Shown: piece after piece, positions 24,131 through 37,463 of the stretch
Numbering within the stretch: the stretch's first letter is position 1
Layout: every line of letters begins with the position of its first letter
Source: Hemiscyllium ocellatum
Taxonomy: Eukaryota
Length of the DNA: 64,000 nucleotides
Assembly (NCBI RefSeq): GCF_020745735.1
Contig: NC_083410.1
Coordinates: 95,938,080 to 96,002,079, forward strand
Reading direction: 5' to 3'
Program-made: the position numbers and the translations under genes
Notes under the pieces: model-generated
Database searches by the model: none
What the model saw: only the letters and a program-made list of their open reading frames with translations
Told to the model about the DNA's origin: nothing

Positions 24131-25019
24131 CTTCCCAATATATCACCATTTAAACCTCATTTTTGGTTTTGTTTTCCACATCAAAGGCACCCTGTGGTAC
24201 TGCACTTGCCATGTGTTTGAGGCACAGACCTGGACCAGCTTTTCCAGAGTCTGGCCTCTTTCTGGATTCACTCCCTTTCTTATCAGTTGCTGCAAGTCAA
24301 CAATTGGATCCCAGCATGAAAATAAAAGAAATAGAAAAGGGAGTGAGAGAAAAGAGAGCTGTTGGACAGAGGAAAGAAATTACAGTCTTGGGATGAATCT
24401 CGATCTTCCTTCAAAGAGGGAGGAGCAGCAGCAGCTTCAGAAGCTCATGGGTCAAGATCAGTGTGGTGCTGGAAAAGCACAGCAGGTCAGGCAGCATCCG
24501 AGGAGCAGAAAAATCGACATTTCGGATTCAGACAATAGGGCTGTTCTGAATGGTAGGAGGTCCAGACTCCTTCCGGTGTTCCAGTGCTCCTCATTGGTTC
24601 AGCAAAACAAATTCATGCATCATTTCTACTGTTATTATGTCATCCCCAATATCGATAGTTCCTACAGCAGGGTGGTCTCTCCCTGTGCCACAGTGAAAGC
24701 TGAGGACAACAGCCACTCAATATGTTTGTGACTCGGTCCACAGATGGGTCATAGTGATGGTCACCTTTTTCATGCTAAACAGGATAGACTCTTGAGTTGC
24801 AAATAGAAGCATGTGCAGATTTTTGCAGACACCGGTGAACATGTGCAGTGCTTGGTGACACCGAGGGGCACGCGCATTAGGCTCTGTAGATATGCTGGTG
24901 TAACTGACAGATTCAACTGGCCAAATGCCAATAGAAGGAATAAAGGGTAGAGCCACCATTTTGTTTCACCTCCCCACCCCCGGTTGGACATAACCGAGCA
25001 TCTTCCTCGCTATCCTCCT

Positions 25020-26110
25020 TACCCTCACCGCTCATGATTTTTCAAATCTCAATAAGGTCATCCCTCAACCTCCTCCACTCCAGTGAAAAAAATCCCAGCC
25101 TCTCCCTATAACTCAAACCCTCCAGTCCTGGCAACGTCCAGGTAAATCTTTACCGAACCCTCTCTAGTAGTATTCTTCCTATTACAGGGCGACCAGAACT
25201 GTACTCCGTACTCCAAAAAAAAATGGCCTCACCAACACCTTGTACAACCTCAACATAGAACAAAGAAAATTTACAACCCAGGAACAGGCCTTTCAGCCCT
25301 TCAAGCCTAAGTGGATCCAAATCCGGTCGAAACCTATCGCGCAATTCCTGAATCTGTATCCTTCTGCTCTCCACCTACTCATGCATTTTCCAGATGCACC
25401 TTAAATGAATCTACAGTCTCTGCCTCTACCTCTGCTGGCAATGTGTTCCAGGCACCTATCACCATCTGTGTAAAGTACTTTCTGTGTGCATCCCCAAAAT
25501 GATGACCCAACTCCAGTACTCAGCATGTGATCAATGAAGGCAAGTGTGCTAAACGCTTTCTTCACCTCCCTGTCTACCAGTGATGAAACTTTCAAGAATA
25601 ATGAACCTGAACACCCCCGGGTCTCTGTTCTACAACACAACCCAGGGCCCTACCATTACCTGAACAACTCTTGCCCTCCTTTAGTTTAGCAAAATGCAAC
25701 CCCTCACTTACATCCATACCTCTCTCATACACACGCTCTCTCTCAGACATACACGTACACCACCCTCTCAACACATTCACCCTCTCACAGGCTCATACTC
25801 CATCACAATCACACTTTACCAAGCATGCAAATACAGGTACACACTCTCTTACGCGCAGTCTTATGCACAAACTCATATGCGCACACACATTCCTGATGAA
25901 GGGCCTTTGCCCGATTTTCCTGCTCCTCGGATGCTGTCTGACTTGCTGCAGCACCACACTCTCAATCCTAAACCTCTTACCTTCTAGTTCTAGACTCCCC
26001 CATCCAAAGGAAAATACCATGTCTACCCTATCTATGCCCCTCATGATTATATAAAAGTGTATAAGGTCACTCCTCAGACTCTGCCACACAACAGAAAACA
26101 GTCCCAACCA
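25020..26110 (-). mobile_element. Nested CR1 fragments with PLE-derived inserts
   Basis: LERV, VKKAFSTLAFI and IMRGIDRVD motifs on the - strand. Confidence 0.75.
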
Positions 26111-27934
26111 GTCCTTCTGTCTCTTCTCACTTGGGTAATTATGACACATATCTGAGTTCACTAAGTCTGCTCCCTCCCTGGATTCACTCCAGTTGCGATA
26201 AGTGAGCCTGCTCCTTCTGACTCTGTTGTCTTTGCTTCAAGCAAAACACTGCACAGGTAACCTTTCACCTCCAGTTTGTGAGGTTATAACACAAGTGTGA
26301 GTAAAACAAGAGATGGAAATTTCTTGAACCCTCACTGAGTTTCAGTACCTCTTAATTAAATTGGTAATTCCAGTGCCAGATACATCATGTAGCATGGCTG
26401 TGTTTGTCACAAGATCACAGCAGCCATTTAAGGTCGGTCTTGTCATTTCTAAAGCCATTTTTAGTTAATAAAAAAATTCAGGTCATTAAATTAAACAATG
26501 CAAGTCTAATGGAGAAAGTGAGGGCTGCAGATGCTGAAGAGTCAGCGTTGAGAGTGTGGCGCTGGAAAAGCACAGCAGGTCAGGCAGCATGTGAGGAGCA
26601 GGAGAGTCGATGTCTCGAGTATATGCCCTTCATCAGCCCTTCCTGATGTTGCCTGACCTACAGTGCTGTTCCAGCACCACACCTATCCACAATCTCGTAT
26701 TAGGAATCCAGTTTCACGACAGTCATAACAACAGGCCCATGATCTGCAGTTTTATTTCATGTTATAGAGCAGAAGGGCGGTGAAGTGAAAGTTGGGGAAC
26801 ATAAGGAAGGAACACAGCCTCTTCTGGAATGTTCTAAAGTCATAGAGTCACACAGCACAGAAACAGACCCTTTGGTCCAATTCATCCATGCCGACCAAGT
26901 TTTCCAAAAAGTTCCCAGTTTTGTGGATGAAACAACTTCTGTTGAAGCCAATGTGATGGTGCCAAGTGCAGTCTCCTCCAGTGAATGTAGGCATGCCCAT
27001 TCTCCTCTGGTTCTGCTCTACTCCTTACGCTCATAGCCATCTTGATCCAGGCTGCATCAAACATCTTCCTCGAAGACTGAGTGTAATTCCAGCAGTGGCC
27101 ACTGCTCCGTCCTGGCACTGTTGGGACTACAGAGCTGCTAGCCAATCAGATGAAGGGCTTATGCCCAAAATGTCGACTCTCCTGCTCCTCGGATGCTGCC
27201 TGACCTGCTTTTCCGGTGCCACACTCTGATCTCCAGCATCTGCAGTCCTCACTTTCTCCCAATCAGATTGATCAGCCACTCTCCCCTGGGGGGGGGGGGG
27301 GGGGGGGCTTGCTCTCCAGAAAGGGCTGAGGTCCTGAAATAATTAAGCCTGTCCCAGTGTAATACCAGTGTGGGGAAGCTGGCTTTTGAGCAGGTGGATT
27401 GAAGACAGTCTTTTCAATCAGTCAGGCAGGGAATGTGGCGTCCTGTAGGATCCAGCCCATCATCCCTCCTGTCAACATCCTGGACCAAAACGTCCCATGT
27501 CGTATCCAAGAATTTCTCCTCACTGTTGCCCTAATTGGTGTCCTTCTTCTACATCCATCATAGAGTCAGCAACAGCTTCTGTTATTCAGCACAGCTCCCC
27601 TTCAAGAGGGAGAGATTAACGTTTGAAGAGGAGAAGATTGACCAGAGTATGTGATATGGCACATGACCCGCTGAGTACCCTGTTGAGCCAGCAGTGTGGG
27701 TGCACTGTCTGCTGGACACATCAATCATTCAGTCAGGAGACAACACAAAGCTTGCGTGCCTCTTGCTTCAAACAGGACCAGGTGGGGGCAAATCCTAACC
27801 CCACCTCCCAAAAATAGGATCAAACTCATGGTATTTGAAGCAACTTGTCTTCAAACCTTTTTTTTTCTGTCTATCCACACTTTTCAGAATTGTACCATTT
27901 CTAAACTGCTGCCAATTCAAGTGATCAGCTACTT

Positions 27935-28226
27935 AGAATCTGTAATATATGGAAACAGGCCCTTCGGCCCAGCAAGTCCACACCGACCCTCTGAAGAGTA
28001 ACCCACCCAGACCCATTCCCTTATTTCTCTGCATTTCCCCTGACTACGGGCAATTTAGCACAGCCAATCCACTCAATCTACACACCTTTGGATTGTGGGA
28101 GGAAACCGGAGCAAACTCACATGTACACGGGGAGAATGTGCAAACTTCACATGGACAGTTGCCTGAGGCTGGAATTGAACCTGGACCTCTGCTGCTGTGA
28201 GGTAGCAATGCTAGCCACTGTGCCAC
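27935..28226 (-). mobile_element. HE1/V-type SINE
   Basis: A and B boxes plus V-like core on the - strand. Confidence 0.9.
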
Positions 28227-28649
28227 TCCTGACTAGATCACTTCACATTGGTCTACATTGAATTCCATTTAATTGGCTTCTTTTCATTTCATTACCCCAG
28301 CTACCTCATCCTGGTCTCGAAAATCATCAGCGTTGCCATTCACAATGGTGCAGGTTTACAGCAATGCTGCCTACACTCAATCTAAATCATTTCTAAAACT
28401 TGAAAGGGAGGATGGACCTAAATCAACCTTCAATCTGAAAAGCATCCAGCCATCACCCGCTTCTGTGCCTTGTCATTCAGACCATTCTCTATCTAAATCC
28501 CCTTCCCCCTTGTTTCCTTGGCTGAAACCTTCATATAAAGTCTCTTGTTGACATAGCTTACAAAAAGTTCAGCTCTCCCTGTTACCTAGTCCTAGTTCTT
28601 ATATTTTTACCTCATCAAAAGGACCAATCAAGTTGACAAACATGGCTTA

Positions 28650-29175
28650 CCATAAGATATGGAATGGAAGGAAGCCATTCAGCAGATCAAATCTCCTCTG
28701 CCATTCCAAGATCACAGCTGATCAGAGAATCCTCAACTCTACTTCCCTGCCATTTTCCCCATAACTTTCCCTTACTGGGGTTTATCTTATAGCACATTGA
28801 GGATATTTAACAACCTGACCTCAGCAACCTTTTGGAGTAAAGAACGCCATAGAATCACTAACTTCTCAGAGAAGAACTCTGTCCTCACTTCTCTCTTAAA
28901 TGGGCGACCTTTTATTCTGAGATCATGCCTCTGCTCTTAAGCTCTCCCACAAGGGGAAACAATCTCTTCACATCTAACCTGCCAGGTCCTCTAAGAATCT
29001 TGCATGTTTCAATAATCTTATCCTTCTATATTTCAACAAATATAGGCCCAATCTACTCAACCTCTCCTCTGAAGACAGTCCCCCCCATACCTGCTGTTAG
29101 CCGAGTGAACCATCTCTGGACTGTCTCCAATGCAAGTATGTCTTTCCTTGGATATGGGGCCCAAACCTGTTCCTC
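28650..29175 (-). mobile_element. CR1 LINE 3' fragment
   Basis: Homologous to 36405-37240. Confidence 0.8.
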
Positions 29176-30509
29176 AATTAACCTAGGTTATACAAATAAA
29201 GGCTTATTTTGTCCCAGATAAAGTTATTTTGTCCCATCATACATGATATGCCCCTTGACTCATATCTTCTTACTTCCCAACACATTTTCAATCTGCAACA
29301 CACCTGGATGTTTAAGAGATTTCTCTTCAGATGAAGCAGGTCCCTGTTAAACAGTTCATATGAGTTTTCGTCTTGATGTGGAACACATTTGAAGTCCAAT
29401 CCAAATTCCTTTAGTTTTTCTGGAACAAATTCCTGAAGGATGCTTGAAAGATCTGCCTTGAATTAGAACTGACAAGGTGAAAGTCTTCAAAATAGATTGT
29501 TCTATTTCCGAAGTTGCTGGTGTTGAGTTAATGTGAGTGTGTCTTGTGGCTGCATGATATCTAATTGTGTCACTCAGTGTCTGGGACACCCCATTCTCTC
29601 CATCACCAGTGGCCTTGTATTCTGAGAGTCTGCTTTTCTCCAGTGTTTTCTCGTCCACAGCAGTCAAGGTGACTATAACTGGAGGTCCACACCAAGTTCT
29701 GTGCCTGTCCCTGCTATTAGTTACAGAGATTACAGCACGGATCAATCCATCTCATCCAAGCTGACCAGATATTCTAACCTAATCTAGTCCCAGTTGCCAG
29801 CACTGGGCCCAAATCCCTCGAAACTCTTCCTATTCATCTCTGATGTCTTCTTGAGCAAGGATAAAAAGAGGAGATTTTAATGTAAGAAACTGTGTTGATG
29901 AAATGGCAGTAGACAGTGACTGTGACAGAGGGAACTGATATTGTGCTATGATGAGGGTGAGTTGGTTGTGTAGGATATGGGGAGATTCTGAGAGATAAAA
30001 AGAATTGGAGAAACCTGCAAAGCATGTAGATCTGAGGAGCATTGTCCAGGAAAAGAATTGGGAGAGTCAGAACGAGGGAATTGGCACTTGAAGTGTGTCA
30101 TGGAACTACACCATTCCTGGCCTGAGGAAGCCATTGAATTACTTGCAGCCCTGTATCTGCCAGTAGGGGTCCTCACTCCTACCCAAGGCCTCAGACACGA
30201 CCTGCTTGGCTTCAGTCAGGCTTAAATATTTCCCTGGAGGCCTTTTTAGACGACAGCATAATCTCTGAGGAGAGACGAAGAACCTTGGGTCAACCATCCC
30301 AGTTTGACCCTCCATGTGTTCAGTCATTGCCTCTTGGTTGTCTGACGCAGATTGTTTCCATTCTGACCCTCACCTGGCTCCTTCACACTACTTCGACAGT
30401 GTGCGTGCATCTAAATCACACCTGACTGATCCAACTGGTTGGGAAAATGGGAAACGGGACGTTAACTTTGTGACTCCGTTAAAAAGCCACAGTTGAGAAA
30501 AGGAGTACA

Positions 30510-30780
30510 ATGGCCCAGTGGTATTACTGCTAGGCCAGTGATCCAGGTAGTTCAAATCCTACCTCAGGAGATGATGGAATTTGAGTCCAATACAATTTTG
30601 GAATTAAGGGTCTAATTGATGTGCGTGAATCTGTTGACAATTATCAGGAAATAATTCATTTGATTCACCAGTGTCCTTTAAGGAAGAAAATCTTTACCTA
30701 GTCTGATCTACCTGTGACCTACAGCAATGAGGTTGGCTCTGAACTGCATTCTGGGAAACAAGGGATACTTGCTGGTCTAG
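30510..30780 (+). mobile_element. tRNA SINE, second family
   Basis: tggcccagtggtattactgc head; homolog of 4582-6065. Confidence 0.75.
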
Positions 30781-30794
30781 CTTGCAAAGGAATG

Positions 30795-31120
30795 GCAGCA
30801 CGGTTGCTCAGTGGTCAGCACTGCTGCCTCACACCGCCAGAGCCCTGGGTTCAATTCCATCCTCGGCTGACTGTGTGGAGTTTGCACGTTGTCCGTGTGG
30901 ATTTGCTTTGGATACTCCAGTTCCCTCCCATAGTCCAAAGATGTTCAGGTTAGGTGGATTGACCATGCTAAATTGCCCACAGTGTCCAGGGATGTGCCAA
31001 CCAGGTGGATTAGCACTGGGATATGCAGGGTTACAGGGATGGTGGGTCGGGGGGATGCTCTTCAGAGGATTGCTGTAGACTGTATGGGCTGGAGGCCCTG
31101 TTCCAAACTGTAGGCATTCT
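30795..31120 (+). mobile_element. HE1/V-type SINE
   Basis: A box tgctcagtgg, B box ggttcaattcc. Confidence 0.88.
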
Positions 31121-31619
31121 ATGAATAAAAATAAACCCAGTCCACACATTCTTGAGTTTCTGTCCTCTGCCAGCCTCCCTGTACTGTTATTGGGTCCAAA
31201 CTTTACCCAATGTAGTGCATCAGCTGAGCTGCTATGGTATTAATCACTGGCTAAACCTGAGCTACAGTACTCAATCGGAATGGCGAGAATCTTGGATCAT
31301 TTTCCTTGAAGCAGCGATGGGTAGAAGGGGGCCGCTTAGTAAAGGGGTTTAAAATTACAAGGAGTTCTGAGGTAAGGGGAAAGAAGCTTCCTGTTTAAGA
31401 TAGAGATGGAATTTTTCTTTGGGAGGGCTGTTAATCACTGAAATTCTCTACCTGAGAGAGTAATGGAGAATGGGGAGGAGTTGACGCCAGCTATGTTTTT
31501 ACTGAAAGGGGGAAGCATGCTTGAGGGGCTGAATGACTATTGCTGCTTTTTCTTATATGCTTCTGAAGGAACACAGGAGTACGATGAAAGGATAGCTCTT
31601 TCAAACAATTGGCACAAAT

Positions 31620-32022
31620 GGGCTGTTTTCCCTAGAGTGTCGGAGGCTGAGGGGTGACCTTATAGGGGTTTATAAAATCATGAGGGGCATAGATAGGGTA
31701 AACAGACAAAGTCTTTTCCCTGGGATGGGGGAGTCCAGGACTAGAGGGGCATAGGTTTAGGGGAGAGGGGAAAGATATGAAAGAGACCTAAGGGGCAACT
31801 TTTTCACTCAGAGAGTGGTACGTGTATGGAATGAGCTGCCAGAGGAAGTGGTGGAGGCTGGTACAATTGCAACATTTAAAAGGTACCTGGATGGGGATAT
31901 TAACAGGAAGGGTTTGGAGGGATATGGCAGGTGGGACTAGATTGGTTGGGATATCTGGTCGGCATGGACGGGTTGGACCGAAGGGTCTGTTTCCATGCTG
32001 TACATCTCTATGACTCTATGAC
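31620..32022 (+). mobile_element. CR1 LINE 3' fragment
   Basis: RRLRGDLIGVYKIMRG; atgactct tail. Confidence 0.92.
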
Positions 32023-32964
32023 GCTCTGATTACCAGGAAAATGTGCCTGTACCCCTTTAGAATCTTTTATTGTTTTATTCCCACCAATAAACTGGTTACC
32101 AAAGACACGACAGAATGTTTAAAATGGAAGGATCTTTGCTCAACGTTTTATGGAACAGGACTTGAAAGACCAAGTCAAAGGCCATGTGAATTATTGTACA
32201 TTATACGCAAACTAACTGGCTCAGTAACAGGGTTTAGTTATTGTAATACTTCCAAAACAATCCATCAGTCACAATGACGATAAGATATGAATTATGCCTC
32301 ATAGAACAGAGGGGAAAAAAAGCTTAACTTTCTTATTTTGCATTTTATTAGAAGTCAAAAGATAAATCAATAGTAAAATGCATTGTATCTTATTATTATG
32401 CCTGATGACTCTTCTGATAAATAACCGACTTGAGAAAGAAGGCGCCATTGCAATTCGAAAGAGAAGATGACCTTGGGCTCTTTAATGTCAAAGGTGGCTG
32501 TTTCTTAGTGCCTGAGTGAGACTGTTGAGAAAAATGCAGTGGGAAAAGCCAATACGAATGAATTTCTCCGGCTGCTAAAGTCTGCTCAGCAAGGCCTCCT
32601 TATAAAAAAAAGTAAAGGATCCACAACAGAGGACCTGATGGAGGTGTTTTAGATCAATGCATTGGCACCTTTTGGATTAAGGCCAAAGATCCAAGTGATG
32701 TTTGTATCCGTTGACCCATACAGGGAGCTGATGCCCCATGGACAGATCATTGACTTATTCAATCAGTGATGCGCATCTACAAAGCATCAAGACATCTCAA
32801 GGCACAAAAGTCCAGGAGGAAAATGATCAATATCTGAGTCCTAAAGTCAGCCCCAACGGAGTGAGGAATTCCATGTGCAGATCACAATCATTCTGCAAAA
32901 TCTTCACACGTGCAACTCAATTCGAGAACAGCGGTTTGACCATGCTGCTCTTTTAACAAGGCTA

Positions 32965-33499
32965 TGTTGTCCTTGGTTTTTCTTTCAGAGGGATCATAAA
33001 AGACACAGGTTCCGAAATGTCTGGATTTAAAACAAAAGACTTGTACAATGAAAGGGGAGTGGTCAGTTCTCCCAGCTCAGCTTTTTCTCTGGTTTGGGTT
33101 TGGTTTGGTTTTAGCAAGCCGTCAGTGTTTGAGGCGGTTAGTCGAAGTAGCAGGTCCATGCTGATCCTCTCTCTCGCTCTCTCTGACATCCCTCCTGTAA
33201 GACCCTGTGTTTAATTTTAACTTCTTTTGCCAAGGGGGTGTTCATGGGGATGCTGCAAGTATTTGGAACAGCATCACTAAGTTGAGACAGAGTCGACTAG
33301 GTCTTCAGAAAAGTTCTGATATGCTAAATTCACTTTTCTTTTGCTCGTGCATAACTATATTCTGGTTTAAAACTGAGAGGTTGGGCCAGCTGCATCACTC
33401 CCGGAATATCCACTTACACCTGCTTACAATTACCAGAAAAATTAGGGCCTAGGCTATCTTTTTGAAATGTTTTGAGAGGGTCTGGCCTGATCCACAACA
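32965..33499. mobile_element. Solo LTR
   Basis: TGTTG...CAACA inverted termini, ~535 bp, no coding potential. Confidence 0.6.
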
Positions 33500-34229
33500 G
33501 CAGTATCAAATAAAATCAGCTGTACTAAACTCCTGCACCCACACTGTTGTGTTCATCACCAGGACTAGGTCAAAGAGCATGATACCAAAATACGTGATCC
33601 TATTCCTGCCAAACAACAAGAAGAAGCCATTGTTGCCTGGAAGAACAATCCAAGGTCACAAATAAAGAGGGCATCCAATGGCTTAACTCCAAAGAATTCT
33701 TCCAGAGGGAAGGAGACATGAGGCTGGAGGAAAATGGCCCACATGCATTGAATGATACCATCGTGACAATGCAAACCTTTTTTTGAAGATCATCTCTAGA
33801 TCAAAGCCGAATGGATAAAATCCCCTTTATTCACAGGGTGGTGTTTCTCTATTGAAAGTTGACAATGTCATCCACTGTCATTGGCCAGGACATTGCAAAC
33901 AACTCAACTCCTCAACCATGACTCCACAAGGACAGCTGATAATTTCCAGTTTACCCCCGTAGTGCATTGTGGTAGATCCACCATCGATGGAAGAATGATC
34001 AATGAATGAAAAATATAAATGCCTTCAATCCAGTGGATGGAAGTCATCGACCTCTGGACTGGAAAGGAAAAAGAATTTCCCTCAGATTTCAGGAATATGT
34101 CAATTATAACCGTTTTCAAAAAGGAAGATAAATCAAGCTCTGGTAATTATCAAAATAATTACCTCTTATCTATCACGGAGAAATCCTGACAGGCATTTTT
34201 CTAAATCATATTTTTGAGAGAGGCAAAGA

Positions 34230-34570
34230 TGTAGCAGTAAAGTCACGAGACTTGCAAACCAAAAACCAAGGCTAATGTTCTGGGGACGCGGGTTTGAATC
34301 CCACTACAGCAGATGGTGAAATTTGAAATCAGTAGAAACCTGGAGGTGAAAGCTGGCTCAGTGACAACTATTTTGGCTCTGTCGATTATCATATAAACCT
34401 GGTTCAGTAATGTCCTTTGGGGAGGAGACTCTGTTGTCCTTACCTGGTCAGGCCTACATGAGACTCCAAACCCCACTGCAATGTGGTTGGCTCACAAATG
34501 CCGTCTAAGTATTTACGGATGGGCAATAAATGCTGACCTAGCCAGCAATACCCACATCCCAGAAAAAAAA
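34230..34570 (+). mobile_element. tRNA SINE, second family
   Basis: B box ggtttgaatccc; homolog of 5784-6065. Confidence 0.8.
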
Positions 34571-34637
34571 TGAAATTCTTCCTGTGGGTGAGGTAATCCA
34601 GTACAGATTTAGAGCTTCCAGCGAGACCCCTGACATG

Positions 34638-35470
34638 TAGTCATAGGGATGTACAACATCGAAACAGACCCTTTGGTCCAACCCGTCCATGTCGACCAGA
34701 TATCCTAACCTAATCTCATCCCATTTGCCAGCACCCGGCCCATATCCCTCTAAACCCTTCCTATTCATATATGCATCCAGATGCCTTTTAAATGTACCAG
34801 CCTCCACCACTTCCTCTGGCAGTTCATTCCATACATACACCACCCGCTGCATGAAAAAGTTGCCACTTAGGTTCTTTTTAAATTTTCCCCTCTCACCCTA
34901 AACCTATGCCCTCTAGTTCTGGACTCCCCAACCCCAGGGAAAAGACTTTGGCTATTTACCCTATTCATGCCCCTCATGATTTTATAGCCCTCTATAAGGT
35001 CATCCCTCAGCCTCCAATGCTCCAAGGAAATCAGCCCCAGCCTATTCAGCCTCTACCTATTACTCAAATTTTCCAAACCCGGCAACATCCTTGTAAATCT
35101 TTTATCAAGCCTTTCAAGTTTCACAACATGCCTTTCTATAGGAGGGAGACCAGAACTGCTCGCAATATTCCAAAAGTGGCCTAATCAATGCCCTGTACAG
35201 CCATGACATGACCTCCCAACTCCTATACTTAACACTCTTACCAACAAAGGAAAGCATACCAAACACCTTCTTCACTATCCTATCTACTTGTGACTCTACT
35301 TTCAAGGGGCTCTGAACCTGCACTCCAAGGTCTCTGTTCAGCAACACTCCCTAGGACCTTATCATTAAGTGTATAGGTCCTTCTAATATTTGTTTTCCCA
35401 AAATGCAGCACCTCACATTTATCAAATTAAACTCCATCTGCCACTCCTCAGCCCACTGGCCTATCTGACC
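34638..35470 (-). mobile_element. CR1 LINE 3' fragment
   Basis: RDLGVQV...LYRALIRPLLEYCEQFWSP...WNELPEEVV. Confidence 0.93.
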
Positions 35471-35644
35471 ATAGTCATTGTTGCCAGATAAATGCAAGAA
35501 CAACTCTTCAATGGCTCCATCAACCTCGGTAAAGTATTTGACTCAATTACTTATGAAGCTATGAACCAGGCATCTTCAAAATCCTGGCTGAAAGTGTGTT
35601 GCTGGAAATGCGCAGCAGGTCAGGCAGCATCCAAGGAGCAGGAG

Positions 35645-35680
35645 AATCAACGTTTCGGGCATGAGCCCTTCTTCAGGAAT
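35645..35680 (-). ncRNA. Minimal hammerhead ribozyme motif (family A), intact core, GUU site
   Basis: Reverse complement reads attc-CTGAAGA-a-GGGC-tcat-GCCC-GAAA-CGTT-gatt. Confidence 0.7.
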
Positions 35681-35684
35681 CAGG

Positions 35685-35720
35685 ATTCCTGAAGAAGGGC
35701 TCATGCCCGAAACGTCGATT
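35685..35720 (+). ncRNA. Minimal hammerhead ribozyme motif (family A), intact core, GUC site
   Basis: attc-CTGAAGA(35689)-a-GGGC-tcat-GCCC-GAAA(35709)-CGTC(35716)-gatt. Confidence 0.75.
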
Positions 35721-36404
35721 CTCCTGTTCCTCGGATGCTGCCTGACCTGCTGCGCTTTTCCAGCAACACATTTTCAGCTCTGATCTCCAGCATCTGCAGT
35801 CCTCACTTTCTCCATCTTCAAAGTCCTATCAAGCAAGGCAATGCGTTAGCCACCACCCTGTTTACCGGACTCTGGTTATTCACCTCACCAAAGGTCCATT
35901 GCCCGTTGGTGTCAGTATTGAACACCACCAAGGTGGAAAAGCATTCAACCTCAGCTATCTCAGTGTCAAATTCAATTAGCCCCCCATAAATGCATATGAT
36001 CTACAGTTAGCAGGTATTGCCCATTCTCCACTTCCTTTTCAAGTCACTCTCTATGTCTTCAATTCTGCATTTAAGAAACTTGATCTCTCCTCGAATGCTG
36101 TTGCAACAAGGCGTATATCAACTAACCACCCAGTCACCCAGATATTCCAATCTCTGTTGAAGGAGAATACACTGAACACTTCCTATACCAATGGTAGACA
36201 CACCTCTCAAAAATCTACCATTGACCAGAAGATCCAATACCAGGATCAGCTACGCTGGCTCAGCCTTGTATAAACTGAAGTAGCAAGGATCTGACAAGAT
36301 CAAGCTTCTCAGAATCACCAAAATTCCTCATGCACAGCTCTTAACTGGGTTTCAATGACACATTGCAGTCTTGGAGGAACTCTGTTGGTAATACCTCTGC
36401 CTCA

Positions 36405-37240
36405 TAAGACCGTAAGGAATAGGAGCAGGAGTAGGCCATTCGGCCCCTCAAGCTTGCTCTGCCATTCAATGGGATGATGGCTGATCTGACATTCCTCAGG
36501 TCCACTTTCCTGCTTTCTCCCTGTAATCCTTGATGCGCCCACTGGATCTCAATGTCCCCACTGATCCTCAATGCCACGACTGATCCTCAATGTCCCGACT
36601 GATCAAAGATCTCTATCTCAGCCTTAAATATATACAAGGTCTCTGCCCTCCACAGCTCTCTGTAGCAAGGAGTTCCAAAGACTCGGTACCCTTTGAGAGA
36701 AAGGGTTCTCAGTCTTAAATTGGCGTACCTTTATTCTGAGACTATGCTGTCTGCTCCTTGGCTCTATCATAAGGAGAAACATCCTCTCAGCATTTACCCT
36801 GTCCAGGTCCTCAAGAATCTAATATGTTTCAATGAGATCACCTCTCATTCTTCCATACTCGGGTGAGTAAGCCTCAATCTGTTTCACTTTTGCGCGTACG
36901 ACAATGCCTCCCACTCCAGGGATCATCCCAGTCAACTGTCTCTCAACTGCCTCCAGTAAAATATCTTTCCTTAAACAAGGGGACCCAAAACTGCTCACAA
37001 TGCTCCGGATGTGGTCTCCCCAGCATCTCGCACAGTTGCAGTCGAAATTCCCTGCTCTCATACTCCAACCTCCTTAAAATAAGGGCCAACATTTCATTCA
37101 CCTTCCTCGTGACCTGCTGCAACTGTGGGCCAGCTTTCTTGAACTGCTCAAGTCCCTTTTGCGTTGCAGCTCTCTACAGGGATTCCCTATTTAAATAATT
37201 CCTTGATCTTGAGTTCGCCTTTCCCAAATGAACAACTCCC
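36405..37240 (-). mobile_element. CR1 LINE 3' fragment
   Basis: RMRGDLIETY and LEAVERQLTGMIPG. Confidence 0.9.
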
Positions 37241-37374
37241 CACGTTCCCACATGGTACACCCGATCCAATGGGAGAATCATTGAACAAACGCTAATGCTC
37301 TTTTTGAAGTCAGATATTGCTTTCAGGAAATTCACTGTCAATGGCTGGATCTGGATGGGCCACATGCCTTCTCC

Positions 37375-37463
37375 TAATGAAGGGCTTATGCCCGAAACGT
37401 CGAATTTCCTGTTCCTTGGATGCTGCCTAACCTGCTGTGCTTTAACCAGCAACACATTTTCAG
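37375..37463 (+). mobile_element. PLE family A short insertion
   Basis: Perfect 14-bp TSD cacatgccttctcc at 37361-37374 and 37464-37477. Confidence 0.9.

Larger units (their letters stand above)
23348..24802. repeat. ~180-bp direct duplication (23348-23526 and 24623-24802)
   Basis: tttctactgttattatgtcatccc...aacaggatagactct in both copies, with scattered substitutions. Confidence 0.93.
35586..35812. mobile_element. PLE family A palindromic insertion (95-bp arms, 2-nt spacer, 34-nt tail)
   Basis: Arms 35587-35681 and 35684-35778; TSD catcttcaaa(a/g)tcct at 35571-35585 and 35813-35827. Confidence 0.93.

Noticed and set aside
23874-24731. 285-aa ORF, the longest on the + strand
   Set aside because: It runs through antisense CR1 and two PLE repeats, with no coherent protein.
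29178-29745. Protein-like minus-strand frames (SILQEFVPEKLKEFG..., TAVDEK)
   Set aside because: No family motif recognised; it may be an old TE but needs a tBLASTx/HMM search.
30303-30316. tttgaccctccatg matching the start of human ESR1 exon 5
   Set aside because: It lies upstream of exon 4 and the translation diverges at once (no DQVHLLE), so it is a chance match. Exons 3 and 5 were not found in the window.
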